Assembly (NCBI GenBank): GCA_046753565.1
Contig: JBHHTY010000001.1
Coordinates: 1-54,434, forward strand
Source of the DNA: Mariprofundus sp.
GTDB lineage: Bacteria > Pseudomonadota > Zetaproteobacteria > Mariprofundales > Mariprofundaceae
DNA: 54,434 nt
Direction of reading: 5' to 3'
In this document: in pieces, positions 8,402 to 18,383 of the stretch
How the letters are laid out: every line of letters starts with the position of its first letter
Numbering within the stretch: position 1 is the stretch's first letter
Made by a program: the position numbers and the translations under genes
Notes under the pieces: generated by a model
The model's database searches: none
Seen by the model: only the letters and a program-made list of their open reading frames with translations
What the model was told of the DNA's origin: nothing

Positions 8402-8667
8402 GTATATCTCCTTGTTTTTTTGAATCGCTGCATAGTAGTGATGAAAATGATGATGAATCAACAACCTATCTGCAGCATGTATCATTTCGTCACGTTTTTA
8501 TTCTGTCTGCTGCGAATATTACAGGCCGGTAAAAGAAATAAAGTGATATAACTTACATGTGGTATTTTTCATGTGAGTTAAACTGATACAGTTCAGCTGG
8601 GCGTTCTTGCCGGTGGTTTGTTTTTCCAGCCTTCAGATTCAGCGTATTTGCATCGGGCAGGCAGGGC

Positions 8668-8695
8668 TTGACCGTTTACCGGCATTATTGATAAT
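8668..8695 (+). promoter_or_regulatory. Putative sigma70 promoter of the yceD-rpmF-fab operon
   Basis: TTGACC-16 bp-GATAAT upstream of yceD. Confidence 0.5.
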
Positions 8696-8727
8696 GCGCG
8701 CCTGTTTTGAATCGCCTGGAGGTTGGC

Positions 8728-9264
8728 ATGCAGCGGCACTGGCTTGTGACATTGCAGAACCTTGCGGCAACCGGCAGGCAGTGGGATGCAAATGTGTCCG
8801 GGTCACTGTTGCAGGATCAGGGAATCGGTTCTGTGCAGGCATTGTCCGGCCTGTCATCCGATGTGCACTGGCAGGTTGAGCTGGAACGTGTTGGCGACGT
8901 ATACCGGTTATGGGGACAATGGCAGGGATTGATCAGGCGTCAATGCAGCCGTTGCAATGTGGAATTCGACTGGCAGGCTGAAGGCCGGACAGCATGGGAG
9001 TTCCGGGTCGGTGAAGATCCGCAGGATGCAGAATCCGACAGTGTGTGTGAATATATGGCACCACCCGGCGAGATCAATATGCTTGATTTGCTGCGCGAAG
9101 ATATCTGGCTGGCCTGGAAAGCTGATGTGATTTGCAGTGATTCATGCCGGGGTCTGTGTCAGGGTTGTGGTGTCGATTTGAACAGGGAAACGTGCCAGTG
9201 TGCGCAGGATAAGAGCGATCACCCTTTCGCTGCCCTGCGTGGTTTGAAGCTGGACGACGAATGA
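8728..9264 (+). CDS. yceD: YceD/DUF177 family protein (23S rRNA accumulation)
   Basis: CSRC and CSDSCRGLCQGCG motifs, DHPFAALRGLK C-terminus, position directly before rpmF. GGAGG RBS before ATG 8728 (alternative TTG 8707). Confidence 0.9.
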   Translation: MQRHWLVTLQNLAATGRQWDANVSGSLLQDQGIGSVQALSGLSSDVHWQVELERVGDVYRLWGQWQGLIRRQCSRCNVEFDWQAEGRTAWEFRVGEDPQDAESDSVCEYMAPPGEINMLDLLREDIWLAWKADVICSDSCRGLCQGCGVDLNRETCQCAQDKSDHPFAALRGLKLDDE

Positions 9265-9284
9265 GTTGATTGTAGGAGAGTAGA

Positions 9285-9467
9285 ATGGCAGTTCCAAAGA
9301 GAAAAACGAGCACATCCAAGCGCAACATGCGTCGTGCACATGATCGGATTGTGCCTGCCGGCATGTCTGAATGTCCTGAGTGCGGTGAAATGATGCGTCC
9401 GCATCATGCATGCCCTCATTGCGGTACCTACAAGGGCCGCGAAGTTATTACTTCCAGCGAAGATTAA
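9285..9467 (+). CDS. rpmF: 50S ribosomal protein L32
   Basis: [19 protein letters not shown]; CPECG and CPHCG zinc ribbon. Confidence 0.98.
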   Translation: MAVPKRKTSTSKRNMRRAHDRIVPAGMSECPECGEMMRPHHACPHCGTYKGREVITSSED

Positions 9468-9508
9468 TCAAAGATTGTTCATGATCTCCGGTACGAACAG
9501 TCATTCCA

Positions 9509-10564
9509 TTGTCTGAGCCGGACCAGAATACCCTCAGCCGGAGTCTCCGAATTCTGATTGACGGACATGGCGGCGATCATGCCCCCGGCATGGTTCTGGA
9601 TGCCCTGGAAACGGCATTTTCGGCCAGTTTCTCAAATCGTTTTTCCGATACATTAACGCTGGGTATTGTCGGGCAGGAAGAGATTCTTCTACCGCTTTTA
9701 CAGCAACGGGGCATGGCTGATCGCGTTGCTCTGGTGCCTGCAACCGAGGTCGTCGGCATGTGTGATTCACCCTCACATGCATTGCGGCGCAAAAAAGGTT
9801 CTTCGATTCATGTCGGTGCACGTCTGGTGCGCGACGGTGAATGGGATGCGCTGGTCAGCGCAGGCAATACCGGCGCTCTGATGGCAATTTCCAAAGTCAT
9901 TCTGAAAACACTGCCCGGTATCGATCGGCCGGCCATTGCTTCGATGATTCCCGCTGTCGATAACGGCCGCACGCTGATGCTCGATGCCGGCGCCAATACT
10001 GAATGTACTTCTGATCATCTGGTACAGTTTGCTATCATGGGATCCTGTTATATGCAGGCGGCCGAGGGCGTGCAACAGCCGCGAGTTGGCCTGCTTAACA
10101 TTGGCAGTGAAGATATCAAGGGTACAGATGTGATTAAAATGACATCAGCCAAGCTGGCTGAAACCGGTTTGAATTATATCGGCAATGTCGAAGGTACGGA
10201 TTTGTTCGGTGATGATGTCGATGTGGTGGTTTGTGACGGATTCGTTGGCAATGTGGCTCTGAAAACTATGGAAGGTACGGCAACATTTCTGGCCAACAGC
10301 ATGAGACGCGAGCTGACTTCAGGCGTGGTGGCCAAGACCGGTGCATTGCTGGCGCGCAGTGCCCTGAAGCGATTCAAGGACACCGTGAACCCGGGAAAAT
10401 ATAATGGTGCTCCGTTACTGGGGCTGAACGGGATTGTGGTGAAGAGTCACGGTGGTACTGATGCTGCAGGCTTCGTCAGCGCGATCGCCGTGGCATGTCG
10501 CGAAGTGAGTGAAAACCTGACGGATCATATTGCCGAATCTGTGCATGAGCTGGTAGAGGTATGA
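9509..10564 (+). CDS. plsX: Phosphate acyltransferase PlsX
   Basis: DGHGGDHAP, VSAGNTGA, IDRPAI, LDAGAN, GLLNIGSE, VVKSHG. Confidence 0.97.
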   Translation: MSEPDQNTLSRSLRILIDGHGGDHAPGMVLDALETAFSASFSNRFSDTLTLGIVGQEEILLPLLQQRGMADRVALVPATEVVGMCDSPSHALRRKKGSSIHVGARLVRDGEWDALVSAGNTGALMAISKVILKTLPGIDRPAIASMIPAVDNGRTLMLDAGANTECTSDHLVQFAIMGSCYMQAAEGVQQPRVGLLNIGSEDIKGTDVIKMTSAKLAETGLNYIGNVEGTDLFGDDVDVVVCDGFVGNVALKTMEGTATFLANSMRRELTSGVVAKTGALLARSALKRFKDTVNPGKYNGAPLLGLNGIVVKSHGGTDAAGFVSAIAVACREVSENLTDHIAESVHELVEV

Positions 10565-11592
10565 GTCTGGCTTCGGTTCATATTACCGGTATCGGCGGTT
10601 ATCTGCCGGAACGTATCCTGACCAATGCCGAGCTGGAACAGATGGTGGATACCACGGATACGTGGATTACCGAACGCACGGGCATACACCAGCGACATAT
10701 TATTGCTGCCGATCAGATGACATCGGATTTGGCTGTTGAAGCGGCGAAAGTCGCATTGGCTGATGCCGGTATCACGATTGATGATATTGATGCCCTGATC
10801 GTTTCGACCACGACACCGGATCTTATTTTTCCTGCTACGGCAACAGTGGTGCAGGCCAAGTTGGGTGGCAGGGATTTCCCTGCATGGGATGTTCAGGCCG
10901 TGTGCTCCGGGTTTGTTTACGGTCTGGCTCAGGTGGAAGGCATGATGCGGGCCGGCATGTTCAAACGTGTACTGTTGATTGGTGCGGAAGCCATGAGTCG
11001 TATTGTGGACTGGACTGATCGCGGTACCTGTATCCTGTTCGGAGACGGTGCCGGTGCCGTGGTGCTGGAGGCAGGCGAATCCGATGCTGAAAATGGCATG
11101 ATTGGATCTGTATTGCATGCCGATGGCACTTACCGCGACCTGTTGAAGGCAGATCATCCACACCCGCCCTCCAGTCCGGATTTGCATCAGCAGGTACGTC
11201 ATGAGTCTGCCGATTTCAGTCTGGACTCTGCCGGCACAGCTGCGGTCGAAATGAAGGGCAACGAAGTGTTCCGGGTTGCCGTGACCAAGCTGGGCGGCGT
11301 GGTTAACGAGATTCTCGCCAGATATGAACTGTATGATAGCGATATCGACTGGCTGGTGCCGCATCAGGCCAATATCCGTATTATCCAGGCAACCGCGAAA
11401 AAACTGAAAATGGATATCGATCGCGTGGCATTGACAGTGGGTTTGCATGGTAATACATCATCGGCCAGTGTGCCTCTGGCTTTGAATGATCTGTATTGTT
11501 CCGGCCGACTGAAGAAAGGGCAGCTGATTCTGCTGGAAGCTTTTGCCGGCGGTTTCGCCTGGGGTGCCAATCTGTTGCGATGGTCGAAGTAG
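10561..11592 (+). CDS. fabH: Beta-ketoacyl-ACP synthase III
   Basis: AVCSGF, FGDGAGA, VPHQAN, GNTSSAS catalytic motifs. Confidence 0.97.
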   Translation: MSLASVHITGIGGYLPERILTNAELEQMVDTTDTWITERTGIHQRHIIAADQMTSDLAVEAAKVALADAGITIDDIDALIVSTTTPDLIFPATATVVQAKLGGRDFPAWDVQAVCSGFVYGLAQVEGMMRAGMFKRVLLIGAEAMSRIVDWTDRGTCILFGDGAGAVVLEAGESDAENGMIGSVLHADGTYRDLLKADHPHPPSSPDLHQQVRHESADFSLDSAGTAAVEMKGNEVFRVAVTKLGGVVNEILARYELYDSDIDWLVPHQANIRIIQATAKKLKMDIDRVALTVGLHGNTSSASVPLALNDLYCSGRLKKGQLILLEAFAGGFAWGANLLRWSK

Positions 11593-11723
11593 CAGAAAAA
11601 AGTATTTACTGCAGGCATACAGAGGAAATGCACAACCCTGACGCGCCGTTTTTTATTTCGCGTTACCCTGCATTCTCTGTGGTGCAAGATTTGAATGGAA
11701 TGATTTAAACAAAGGATATAAAC

Positions 11724-12665
11724 GTGACTGAATTTGTATTTTTGTTTCCGGGGCAGGGCTCCCAGTCGAAAGGCATGCTTGATGCTTTCGACGACGTGCA
11801 GGTTGTGCAGCAAACGCTGGAAGAGGCATCCGATGCACTGGGCTATGATATGGCTGCATTGATCCGTGACGATGCTGACGGAAAGCTGGGGCAAACCGAA
11901 TTCACGCAACCGGCACTGTTGACGGCATCCACGGCCATGTTGCGTTTGTGGCGTGAGAAAGGCGGGCCGGAAGCGGCACAGGCGGCCGGGCATTCTCTGG
12001 GTGAATATTCTGCGCTGGTAGCAGCTGGTGCAATCGATTTCAGTGATGCGGTTCAGCTGGTGGCTTTTCGCGGACGTGCCATGATGGAAGCGGTACCTGC
12101 CGGTGTCGGCAGTATGGCGGCGATTCTGGGCTTGTCGGATGATGTGGTGGAATCACTGTGTGAGTCCGCTTCTTCAGAACAGGAAAAAGTATGGGCCGCG
12201 AACTATAACTGTCCGGGTCAACTGGTGGTGGCCGGTCATGCGGCTGCTGTTGAGCGAATGATGGTGGCAGCGAAAGATGCAGGTGCCAGGCGCGCGTTAG
12301 CATTAGCGGTCAGTGTACCGTCACATACACCGTTGATGCAGCCTGCCGCTGATGCCATGGCGGATCGACTGCAGGAAATCAGCATTCATACGCCGGCATG
12401 TCCTGTATGGAGTAATGCCAGTGCAAGGCCGGAACAGGATATCACAAATATTCGTACCGCACTGGTGTCTCAACTGGTATCGCCGGTGCGTTGGACTGAA
12501 ACGGTGCAGGAACTGGCTGCATCAGGTGTTGTGCAGGCCGTGGAAATGGGGCCGGGCAAGGTATTGTCAGGGCTTGTCAAACGGATTGATCGCAAGATGA
12601 CTGTTGGTGTCAGCATCAATCCTGAGCAGTTGGAAGCCAGTCTGTCCATGATGGCAGGGGGATAA
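11724..12665 (+). CDS. fabD: Malonyl-CoA:ACP transacylase
   Basis: FPGQGSQ, GHSLGEYSAL, SVPSH. Confidence 0.97.
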   Translation: MTEFVFLFPGQGSQSKGMLDAFDDVQVVQQTLEEASDALGYDMAALIRDDADGKLGQTEFTQPALLTASTAMLRLWREKGGPEAAQAAGHSLGEYSALVAAGAIDFSDAVQLVAFRGRAMMEAVPAGVGSMAAILGLSDDVVESLCESASSEQEKVWAANYNCPGQLVVAGHAAAVERMMVAAKDAGARRALALAVSVPSHTPLMQPAADAMADRLQEISIHTPACPVWSNASARPEQDITNIRTALVSQLVSPVRWTETVQELAASGVVQAVEMGPGKVLSGLVKRIDRKMTVGVSINPEQLEASLSMMAGG

Positions 12666-12669
12666 AGAG

Positions 12670-13413
12670 ATGAGTGATGTCATAAAAACAGCATTGGTGA
12701 CCGGTGCCAGCCGCGGAATCGGTTTTGTTGTCGCCGGGAAGCTGGCTGAAGCAGGCTATAATCTGGCTATTTGCGGAACCACGCAGGCCACCATTGATCA
12801 GGCGGCAGAGAATATTCGCGATGCTTACGGGGTTGAAGTTCTGGCCAAAGCGGTCGATGTGTCGGATCGCGAACAGATTCAGGCTTTTGTACAGGAAACC
12901 GCCAAACATTTCGGGCGTCTTGATGTGTTGGTGAATAATGCAGGTATTACCCGGGACAATATTTCCATGCGTATGAAAATCGATGAGTGGAATGCCGTGA
13001 TTGATACGAATCTTTCCTCTGTATTCAATGCCATGCAGGCAGCCCTGCGTCCGATGATGAAAGCGCGCGGTGGCCGCATTATCAATATCTCGTCCGTTGT
13101 GGCGGGTATGGGCAATCCGGGGCAGCTGAATTATTGTGCCAGCAAGGGGGGCGTGGAGGCGATGACCCGTTCTTTGGCGCGTGAGATCGGTTCGCGTGGT
13201 ATTACTGTGAATGCGGTGGCACCGGGCTTTATCGCCACGGATATGACGGCTGATCTGGGCGAAGATGCGCATGCACAGCTTACCGACCAGATCCCGCTGG
13301 GTCGTCTGGGGCAGCCGGAAGATATCGCTGCAGCTGTCTGTTTCCTGGCCAGCGATGCGGCCGGTTACATCACCGGGCAGGTATTGCACGTTAACGGTGG
13401 CATGCATATGTAA
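12670..13413 (+). CDS. fabG: 3-oxoacyl-ACP reductase
   Basis: [32 protein letters not shown]. Confidence 0.97.
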   Translation: MSDVIKTALVTGASRGIGFVVAGKLAEAGYNLAICGTTQATIDQAAENIRDAYGVEVLAKAVDVSDREQIQAFVQETAKHFGRLDVLVNNAGITRDNISMRMKIDEWNAVIDTNLSSVFNAMQAALRPMMKARGGRIINISSVVAGMGNPGQLNYCASKGGVEAMTRSLAREIGSRGITVNAVAPGFIATDMTADLGEDAHAQLTDQIPLGRLGQPEDIAAAVCFLASDAAGYITGQVLHVNGGMHM

Positions 13414-13516
13414 TAATGGTAAAATCCTGAGTATAGGTTTTTTACCGTTGGCTCATGCTTGTGCGGGTTTGAGCCTTATGATAGAAGCCGCACCTACAAA
13501 AATTTCGGGAGGACTT

Positions 13517-13756
13517 ATGTCTGCAGAAATCGAAGCTAAAATCATTAAAATCGTATCTGATCAGTTGAATGTTGATGAGGGTGAAATCAATCCCGATTCT
13601 TCTTTCGTTGATGATCTGGGTGCTGATTCACTGGATACCGTAGAGCTTGTGATGGCTTTCGAAGAGGAATTCGATGTTGAAATTCCGGACGAAGATGCCG
13701 AAGGCATCCAGAGTGTTCAGAACGCTATTGACTATATCGCTGCCAAAGCAGATTAA
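13517..13756 (+). CDS. acpP: Acyl carrier protein
   Basis: [20 protein letters not shown]; GGAGG RBS before ATG 13517. Confidence 0.98.
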   Translation: MSAEIEAKIIKIVSDQLNVDEGEINPDSSFVDDLGADSLDTVELVMAFEEEFDVEIPDEDAEGIQSVQNAIDYIAAKAD

Positions 13757-13758
13757 TT

Positions 13759-15003
13759 ATGAGTAGACGCGTTGTCGTCACAGGAGTCGGGCTGGTTACG
13801 CCGCTCGGTACAGGTACGGATGTTAGCTGGAATCATCTGATCGAAGGCAAGTCCGGTATTCGCCGGATCAGCCATTTCGATGCGGAAGCAACGGGCATGG
13901 CCTGCACTATCGCGGGTGAAGTGCCTGATTTTGAAGTTGCCGATTACATCAATCGCAAGGATGCACGCAAAATGGATACCTTTATCCAGTTTGGTGTGGC
14001 TGCATCGTTGATGGCCCTGGAGCGTTCCGGTTTAACGATTGATGAAAACAATGCAGAGCGTGTCGGTGTTGCGGTTGGTGCCGGTATCGGTGGTCTGGTG
14101 ACGATTGAGAAAACCATGCGTGCTTATGAAGCCGGTGGGGCTCGCAAGATTTCGCCGTTTTTCATTCCGCAGACGATTATCAATATGACATCCGGCTGGG
14201 TATCGATGCTCAGTGGTGCCAAGGGACCGAACGTGGCAACAGTCACGGCATGTGCAACCGGCACCCATGCGATCGGTGATGCATTTGAAATCATTGCCCG
14301 TGGTAATGCGGATGCCATGATTGCCGGTGGTTCGGAAGCCTGTATCTGTGAACTGGGTGTTGGCGGATTTTCAGCTGCCCGTGCTCTTTCCACGCGCAAT
14401 GATGAGCCTGAACGCGCATCCCGTCCCTGGGATGTGGATCGTGACGGTTTTGTCATGGGTGAAGGCGCCGGTGTGCTGGTGCTGGAATCGCTGGATTCTG
14501 CCAAAGCCCGTGGTGCTGAAATTCTGGCCGAAGTCACCGGTTACGGCATGTCTGGCGATGCCTATCATATGACTTCTCCTTCTCCGGGCGGTGAAGGTGG
14601 TGGCCGTTGTATGAAAGCTGCGCTGAAACGTGCGGGTATTAATCCGGAAGATGTTGATTATATCAATGCCCACGGTACATCCACACCGGCCGGTGACGTG
14701 GCCGAAACCGAGGGTATCAAATCAGTCTTCGGCGATCATGCCAAAAAGCTGATGGTTTCATCTACCAAGTCGATGACAGGCCATTTGCTCGGTGCTGCCG
14801 GCGGCATCGAGGCTGCTTTTTCGGTGCTGGCTGTGCATCACGGTGTGGTGCCTGCCACCATCAATATGGATAATCAGGATCCCGCCTGTGATCTGGATTA
14901 TGTGCCGAATACGGCGCGTGATGCGGATATCAGGGTGGCGATTTCCAATTCATTTGGCTTCGGTGGAACCAACGCATCAGTCATCGTGCGCAAGTTCGAC
15001 TGA
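13759..15003 (+). CDS. fabF: Beta-ketoacyl-ACP synthase II
   Basis: TACATG, INAHGTST, TKSMTGHLLGAAG, SNSFGFGGTN. Confidence 0.98.
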   Translation: MSRRVVVTGVGLVTPLGTGTDVSWNHLIEGKSGIRRISHFDAEATGMACTIAGEVPDFEVADYINRKDARKMDTFIQFGVAASLMALERSGLTIDENNAERVGVAVGAGIGGLVTIEKTMRAYEAGGARKISPFFIPQTIINMTSGWVSMLSGAKGPNVATVTACATGTHAIGDAFEIIARGNADAMIAGGSEACICELGVGGFSAARALSTRNDEPERASRPWDVDRDGFVMGEGAGVLVLESLDSAKARGAEILAEVTGYGMSGDAYHMTSPSPGGEGGGRCMKAALKRAGINPEDVDYINAHGTSTPAGDVAETEGIKSVFGDHAKKLMVSSTKSMTGHLLGAAGGIEAAFSVLAVHHGVVPATINMDNQDPACDLDYVPNTARDADIRVAISNSFGFGGTNASVIVRKFD

Positions 15004-15064
15004 TTTTCACCGTAATCCGAACCGCAAGAAACCTGGCGTGATTTTCCGCGTCATAAAAAATCAG

Positions 15065-15095
15065 GGCCGTAAGCATTCCGCTTACGGCCTTTTTT
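15065..15095 (+). terminator. Intrinsic terminator after fabF
   Basis: GGCCGTAAGC-ATTCC-GCTTACGGCC followed by T6. Confidence 0.8.
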
Positions 15096-15100
15096 CATGC

Positions 15101-16345
15101 ATGCCGGATCAGTTCGCAGCGATACTTGAAGATCCGTCAGGCAGGGGGAAACAGTTCCTGATTTCCAGACAGGGTGAGTCCCGAGCATTGTCTGGAGAGG
15201 ATGATGATCAGGCTGCTGCAGTTTTCTTCAGGGATTGGAAAAACAGACTTTCCGAACAGTCGACGGGTTCTCCTGCTGTGCGTTGTCTGGTCTATGCCGC
15301 TTACGAAGCGGGAGGTTTAGTTGAAACATTGCCAGCACCGAAAACTGAGGTTCCCGGCCCCTGCTTATGGGCATTGTATCCGGATTTTTCCCTTTGTTTC
15401 GAGGATGAAACGATTTATCTGGCAGCCGGAGACGAATGCTCCCTGCAGGCAGCACTGGCTATGCTGGATGACACTCCTGTATCATTACCTGCACAGGCGC
15501 TGTCTTTCAGTGCTATTGCACCGGGCGCTGCATCATCAGAACAATACAAACAGGCAGTGCAGCAGGTAAAGGAATATATTGCTGCAGGGGATGTTTTTCA
15601 GGCCAATATTGCCCGTTTCTGGCAGATGCCGTTTGAGACTTGCGACCTTATCGCGTTATACGACCGGCTTCGCCAGGTGAATTCGGCGCCGTTTTCGTCT
15701 TTTGTGCGGATCGAATCGCCTGCTGGCAGTATACATCTGATTTCGGCTTCACCTGAGCGGCTGTTTCGCATGCATGCCGATGGCAGGGTGGATACCAGGC
15801 CCATTGCCGGCACCAGGAGGCGGGCTGAGGGCATTCAGGATGATGCCCTCAGGTCAGAGATGCTGTTGTCGGAAAAAGAGCGTGCCGAGCATATTATGCT
15901 TGTTGATCTGGAACGTAATGATCTGGGTCGGGTATGCAGGCCGGGTACTGTCGAGGTTAATGAACGTTTGATCGTTGAGCAGTATGCTACTGTACAGCAT
16001 ATTGTATCCAATGTGCGCGGTGTTCTCAGGGAAGGATGCGATTTTATCGACCTGTTCAGGGCCATGTTTCCGGGCGGTACGATTACCGGTTGTCCGAAAG
16101 TGCGTTGTATGGAGATCATCCATGAACTGGAGGACAATGCCCGCGGCCCCTATACCGGTGGACTGGGTTATATTGCCTGGGATGGTTCCGCCGATATGAA
16201 TATTCTGATACGCACTTTCTGGCACCATGATGGCAATCTGCGCTGGGCTGCCGGTGCAGGCATCGTGGTCGATTCTGATCCGGAACATGAACTCATCGAA
16301 ACCGGCCATAAAGTTGAGGGGCTCCTCAGAGCACTGTTGGCATAG
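15101..16345 (+). CDS. pabB: Aminodeoxychorismate synthase component I (chorismate-binding PabB/TrpE family)
   Basis: GDVFQAN, SASPERLF, TRPIAGT, KERAEHIMLVDLERNDLG, FPGGTITGCPK, RGPYTG. Start placed at MPDQF (15101), downstream of the fabF terminator. Confidence 0.8.
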   Translation: MPDQFAAILEDPSGRGKQFLISRQGESRALSGEDDDQAAAVFFRDWKNRLSEQSTGSPAVRCLVYAAYEAGGLVETLPAPKTEVPGPCLWALYPDFSLCFEDETIYLAAGDECSLQAALAMLDDTPVSLPAQALSFSAIAPGAASSEQYKQAVQQVKEYIAAGDVFQANIARFWQMPFETCDLIALYDRLRQVNSAPFSSFVRIESPAGSIHLISASPERLFRMHADGRVDTRPIAGTRRRAEGIQDDALRSEMLLSEKERAEHIMLVDLERNDLGRVCRPGTVEVNERLIVEQYATVQHIVSNVRGVLREGCDFIDLFRAMFPGGTITGCPKVRCMEIIHELEDNARGPYTGGLGYIAWDGSADMNILIRTFWHHDGNLRWAAGAGIVVDSDPEHELIETGHKVEGLLRALLA

Positions 16346-16409
16346 CGCGATCAGTTTCAGCGTTGTTTTTGTGCCGGCGGAAAGAGATGCGGTTAAAATT
16401 GTTGAATAC

Positions 16410-16441
16410 AAAAAAAGAGGCTCTATTGAGCCTCTTTTTTT
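16410..16441. terminator. Bidirectional intrinsic terminator between pabB and dnaB
   Basis: A7-GAGGCTC-TATT-GAGCCTC-T7. Confidence 0.88.
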
Positions 16442-16538
16442 ATGCCTGCTATTGGTTGAAGTAGTGATACAGACGATGGCTGCATCATGATTTGAATACA
16501 ACTCTACCCCTGTCAGAAGGCGGCAGCTGGAGAGGAGA

Positions 16539-17921
16539 TCAGTCGTCGAAGCCGGTAGAAGCGTGGTTTTCGAAACGGGTATATTTGTTCACGAATGTCA
16601 GTTTCACATCGCCAATCGGTCCGTTACGTTGTTTGGCAACAATGATTTCGGCCAAGCCTTCGTTGTCAGGTTTCTTGTTGTAGACCTCGTCACGATAGAT
16701 AAACATGATTACATCGGCATCCTGCTCGATAGCGCCGGATTCGCGCAGATCGGACATCATCGGACGTTTGTCGGCACGTGACTCCAGCGACCGGTTGAGC
16801 TGGGACAGGGCAATGACAGGAACATTGAGTTCCTTGGCCAGGCCTTTCAGTGAACGGGTGATTTCTGACAGTTCCTGAGCACGGTTATCCGAATCAGATC
16901 GACCGGACATCAATTGCACATAATCAATCAGCACCAGGTCCAGCCCCTTGGCCTCGCGTTTAAGACGGCGGCATTTGGAGCGCAGTTCAAGCACTGAAAT
17001 AGCCGGTGTGTCATCGACAAAAATGGCCGATTCAGCCAGTGCTCCACTGGCCGCAGCCAGTTTGCGCCAGTCTTCTGCCGAAAAGCGACCGGTACGTAAA
17101 TGCTGCATATCCACACGTGCCTCACAGGCCAGCATGCGCATGGCGATCTGCTGGGAGGACATTTCCAGCGAGAATACTGCAACCACAGCAGTGTCATCAG
17201 AACGAATGGATGCATTCTGAGCCAGATTCATGGAGAAGGCGGTTTTACCCATACTCGGGCGACCGGCCACGATAATCAGATCACCGCGCTGCATGCCTGC
17301 GGTCATTTTGTCGAGATCTTCAAATCCGGTCGGGATGCCTGTGACCAGCTTTTTCTGGGCATATCGCTCTTCCAGCTCTTTGTAGCTTTCCAGCATCAGA
17401 TCGGACATTTTGTTGAAGGATGGGCTCGAACGGTTGAAATTCTCGGCAATAGCGAGAATATTTTTTTCAGCCAGATCGAGGTGTTCGTTTACATCGCGGG
17501 CCGTTTCTTCATAGACATTGCGGGATACATCACTGCAGACAGAAAGCAAATCACGCAGTACGGATCGTTCCCGTACAATATCGGCATAGTGTTTGACATT
17601 GGCAGAGGTGGGGACGGCAACGACAAGTTCGGAGAGATAGGCTTCGCCACCAATTTCATCCAGCTCGTTGCGGCGCTCGAGCTGATCCTTGATCGTCAGC
17701 GCATCAACAGGCTGCCCTTTGGTTGCCAGTTCGTTGATGACATAGAAAACCCGGGCATTGGCCTCAACATAAAAGTGCTCGGGTTGAAGCGAGCCCTCCA
17801 GTCTCTCCAGTGCCTCGGCATCAAGCATGATTCCCCCGAGCACCGCCCGTTCCGCATCATGGGCGTGGGGCGGGATACGCTCTCTGAGCGTATCAGTGCG
17901 CAGGGGAATCGCCTGGTTCAA
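16539..17921 (-). CDS. dnaB: Replicative DNA helicase
   Basis: PPH..AERAVLG, GRPSMGKT Walker A, SLEM, IDYVQLM, SQLNR, SDLRESGAIEQDAD, KQRNGP. Confidence 0.98.
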   Translation of the reverse strand: MNQAIPLRTDTLRERIPPHAHDAERAVLGGIMLDAEALERLEGSLQPEHFYVEANARVFYVINELATKGQPVDALTIKDQLERRNELDEIGGEAYLSELVVAVPTSANVKHYADIVRERSVLRDLLSVCSDVSRNVYEETARDVNEHLDLAEKNILAIAENFNRSSPSFNKMSDLMLESYKELEERYAQKKLVTGIPTGFEDLDKMTAGMQRGDLIIVAGRPSMGKTAFSMNLAQNASIRSDDTAVVAVFSLEMSSQQIAMRMLACEARVDMQHLRTGRFSAEDWRKLAAASGALAESAIFVDDTPAISVLELRSKCRRLKREAKGLDLVLIDYVQLMSGRSDSDNRAQELSEITRSLKGLAKELNVPVIALSQLNRSLESRADKRPMMSDLRESGAIEQDADVIMFIYRDEVYNKKPDNEGLAEIIVAKQRNGPIGDVKLTFVNKYTRFENHASTGFDD

Positions 17922-17931
17922 TAGTGGCTGC

Positions 17932-18381
17932 TCAATGTTGCTCGGAAATAACCGTAATGCTCAGTTCGGCAGTCACGTCCGGATGCAGACGCACGCGGAA
18001 TGCATGTTCGCCTACTTCCTTGATGTGCTCATCCTGCAGGATGTTGCGGCGCTCGACTGCGAAACCGTTTTCATTCAGCAGTGCGGCCAGCTCAGGTGCT
18101 CCGACAGAACCATACAGGTGTTTGCCGTCAGAAGTGGCCAGAACCACTTCCAGAGACAGACCTTCAAGTTTGGCAGCTTCAGCTTGCGCAGTAGCCAGAA
18201 CTTTAGCCTGCTTGCTTTCCAGCAGCGCCCGACGACGTTCGAATATCTTGCGGTTGCCGGCATCGGCGATGGTTGCCTTGCCCTGTGGCAGCAAAAAGTT
18301 GCGGCCATAGCCCGGGCGTACATTGACTTCGTCGCCAACGTTTCCCAAACCTTCGACACGTTCCAAAAGAATCAATTGCAT
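17932..18381 (-). CDS. rplI: 50S ribosomal protein L9
   Basis: LGNVGDEVNVRPGYGRNFLLP, LYGSV. Confidence 0.98.
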   Translation of the reverse strand: MQLILLERVEGLGNVGDEVNVRPGYGRNFLLPQGKATIADAGNRKIFERRRALLESKQAKVLATAQAEAAKLEGLSLEVVLATSDGKHLYGSVGAPELAALLNENGFAVERRNILQDEHIKEVGEHAFRVRLHPDVTAELSITVISEQH

Positions 18382-18383
18382 TG

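Noticed and set aside
8402-8485. His-rich N-terminal extension (IHHHFHH) of paralog 2
   Set aside because: It lies upstream of a strong AAGGAG RBS and signal-peptide start at 8401; probably untranslated.
13265-13516. 163-aa version of acpP
   Set aside because: The upstream part overlaps fabG; a strong RBS marks ATG 13517.
14792-15100. N-terminal extension of the 517-aa pabB ORF
   Set aside because: It overlaps fabF out of frame, crosses a terminator and has no family similarity.
16410-16538. Possible sRNA or 21-aa peptide in the ~100-nt dnaB 3' region (TAGAGT hexamer upstream of the terminator on the minus strand)
   Set aside because: No convincing -35 or RBS and no structure beyond the terminator; adequately explained as a 3' UTR.
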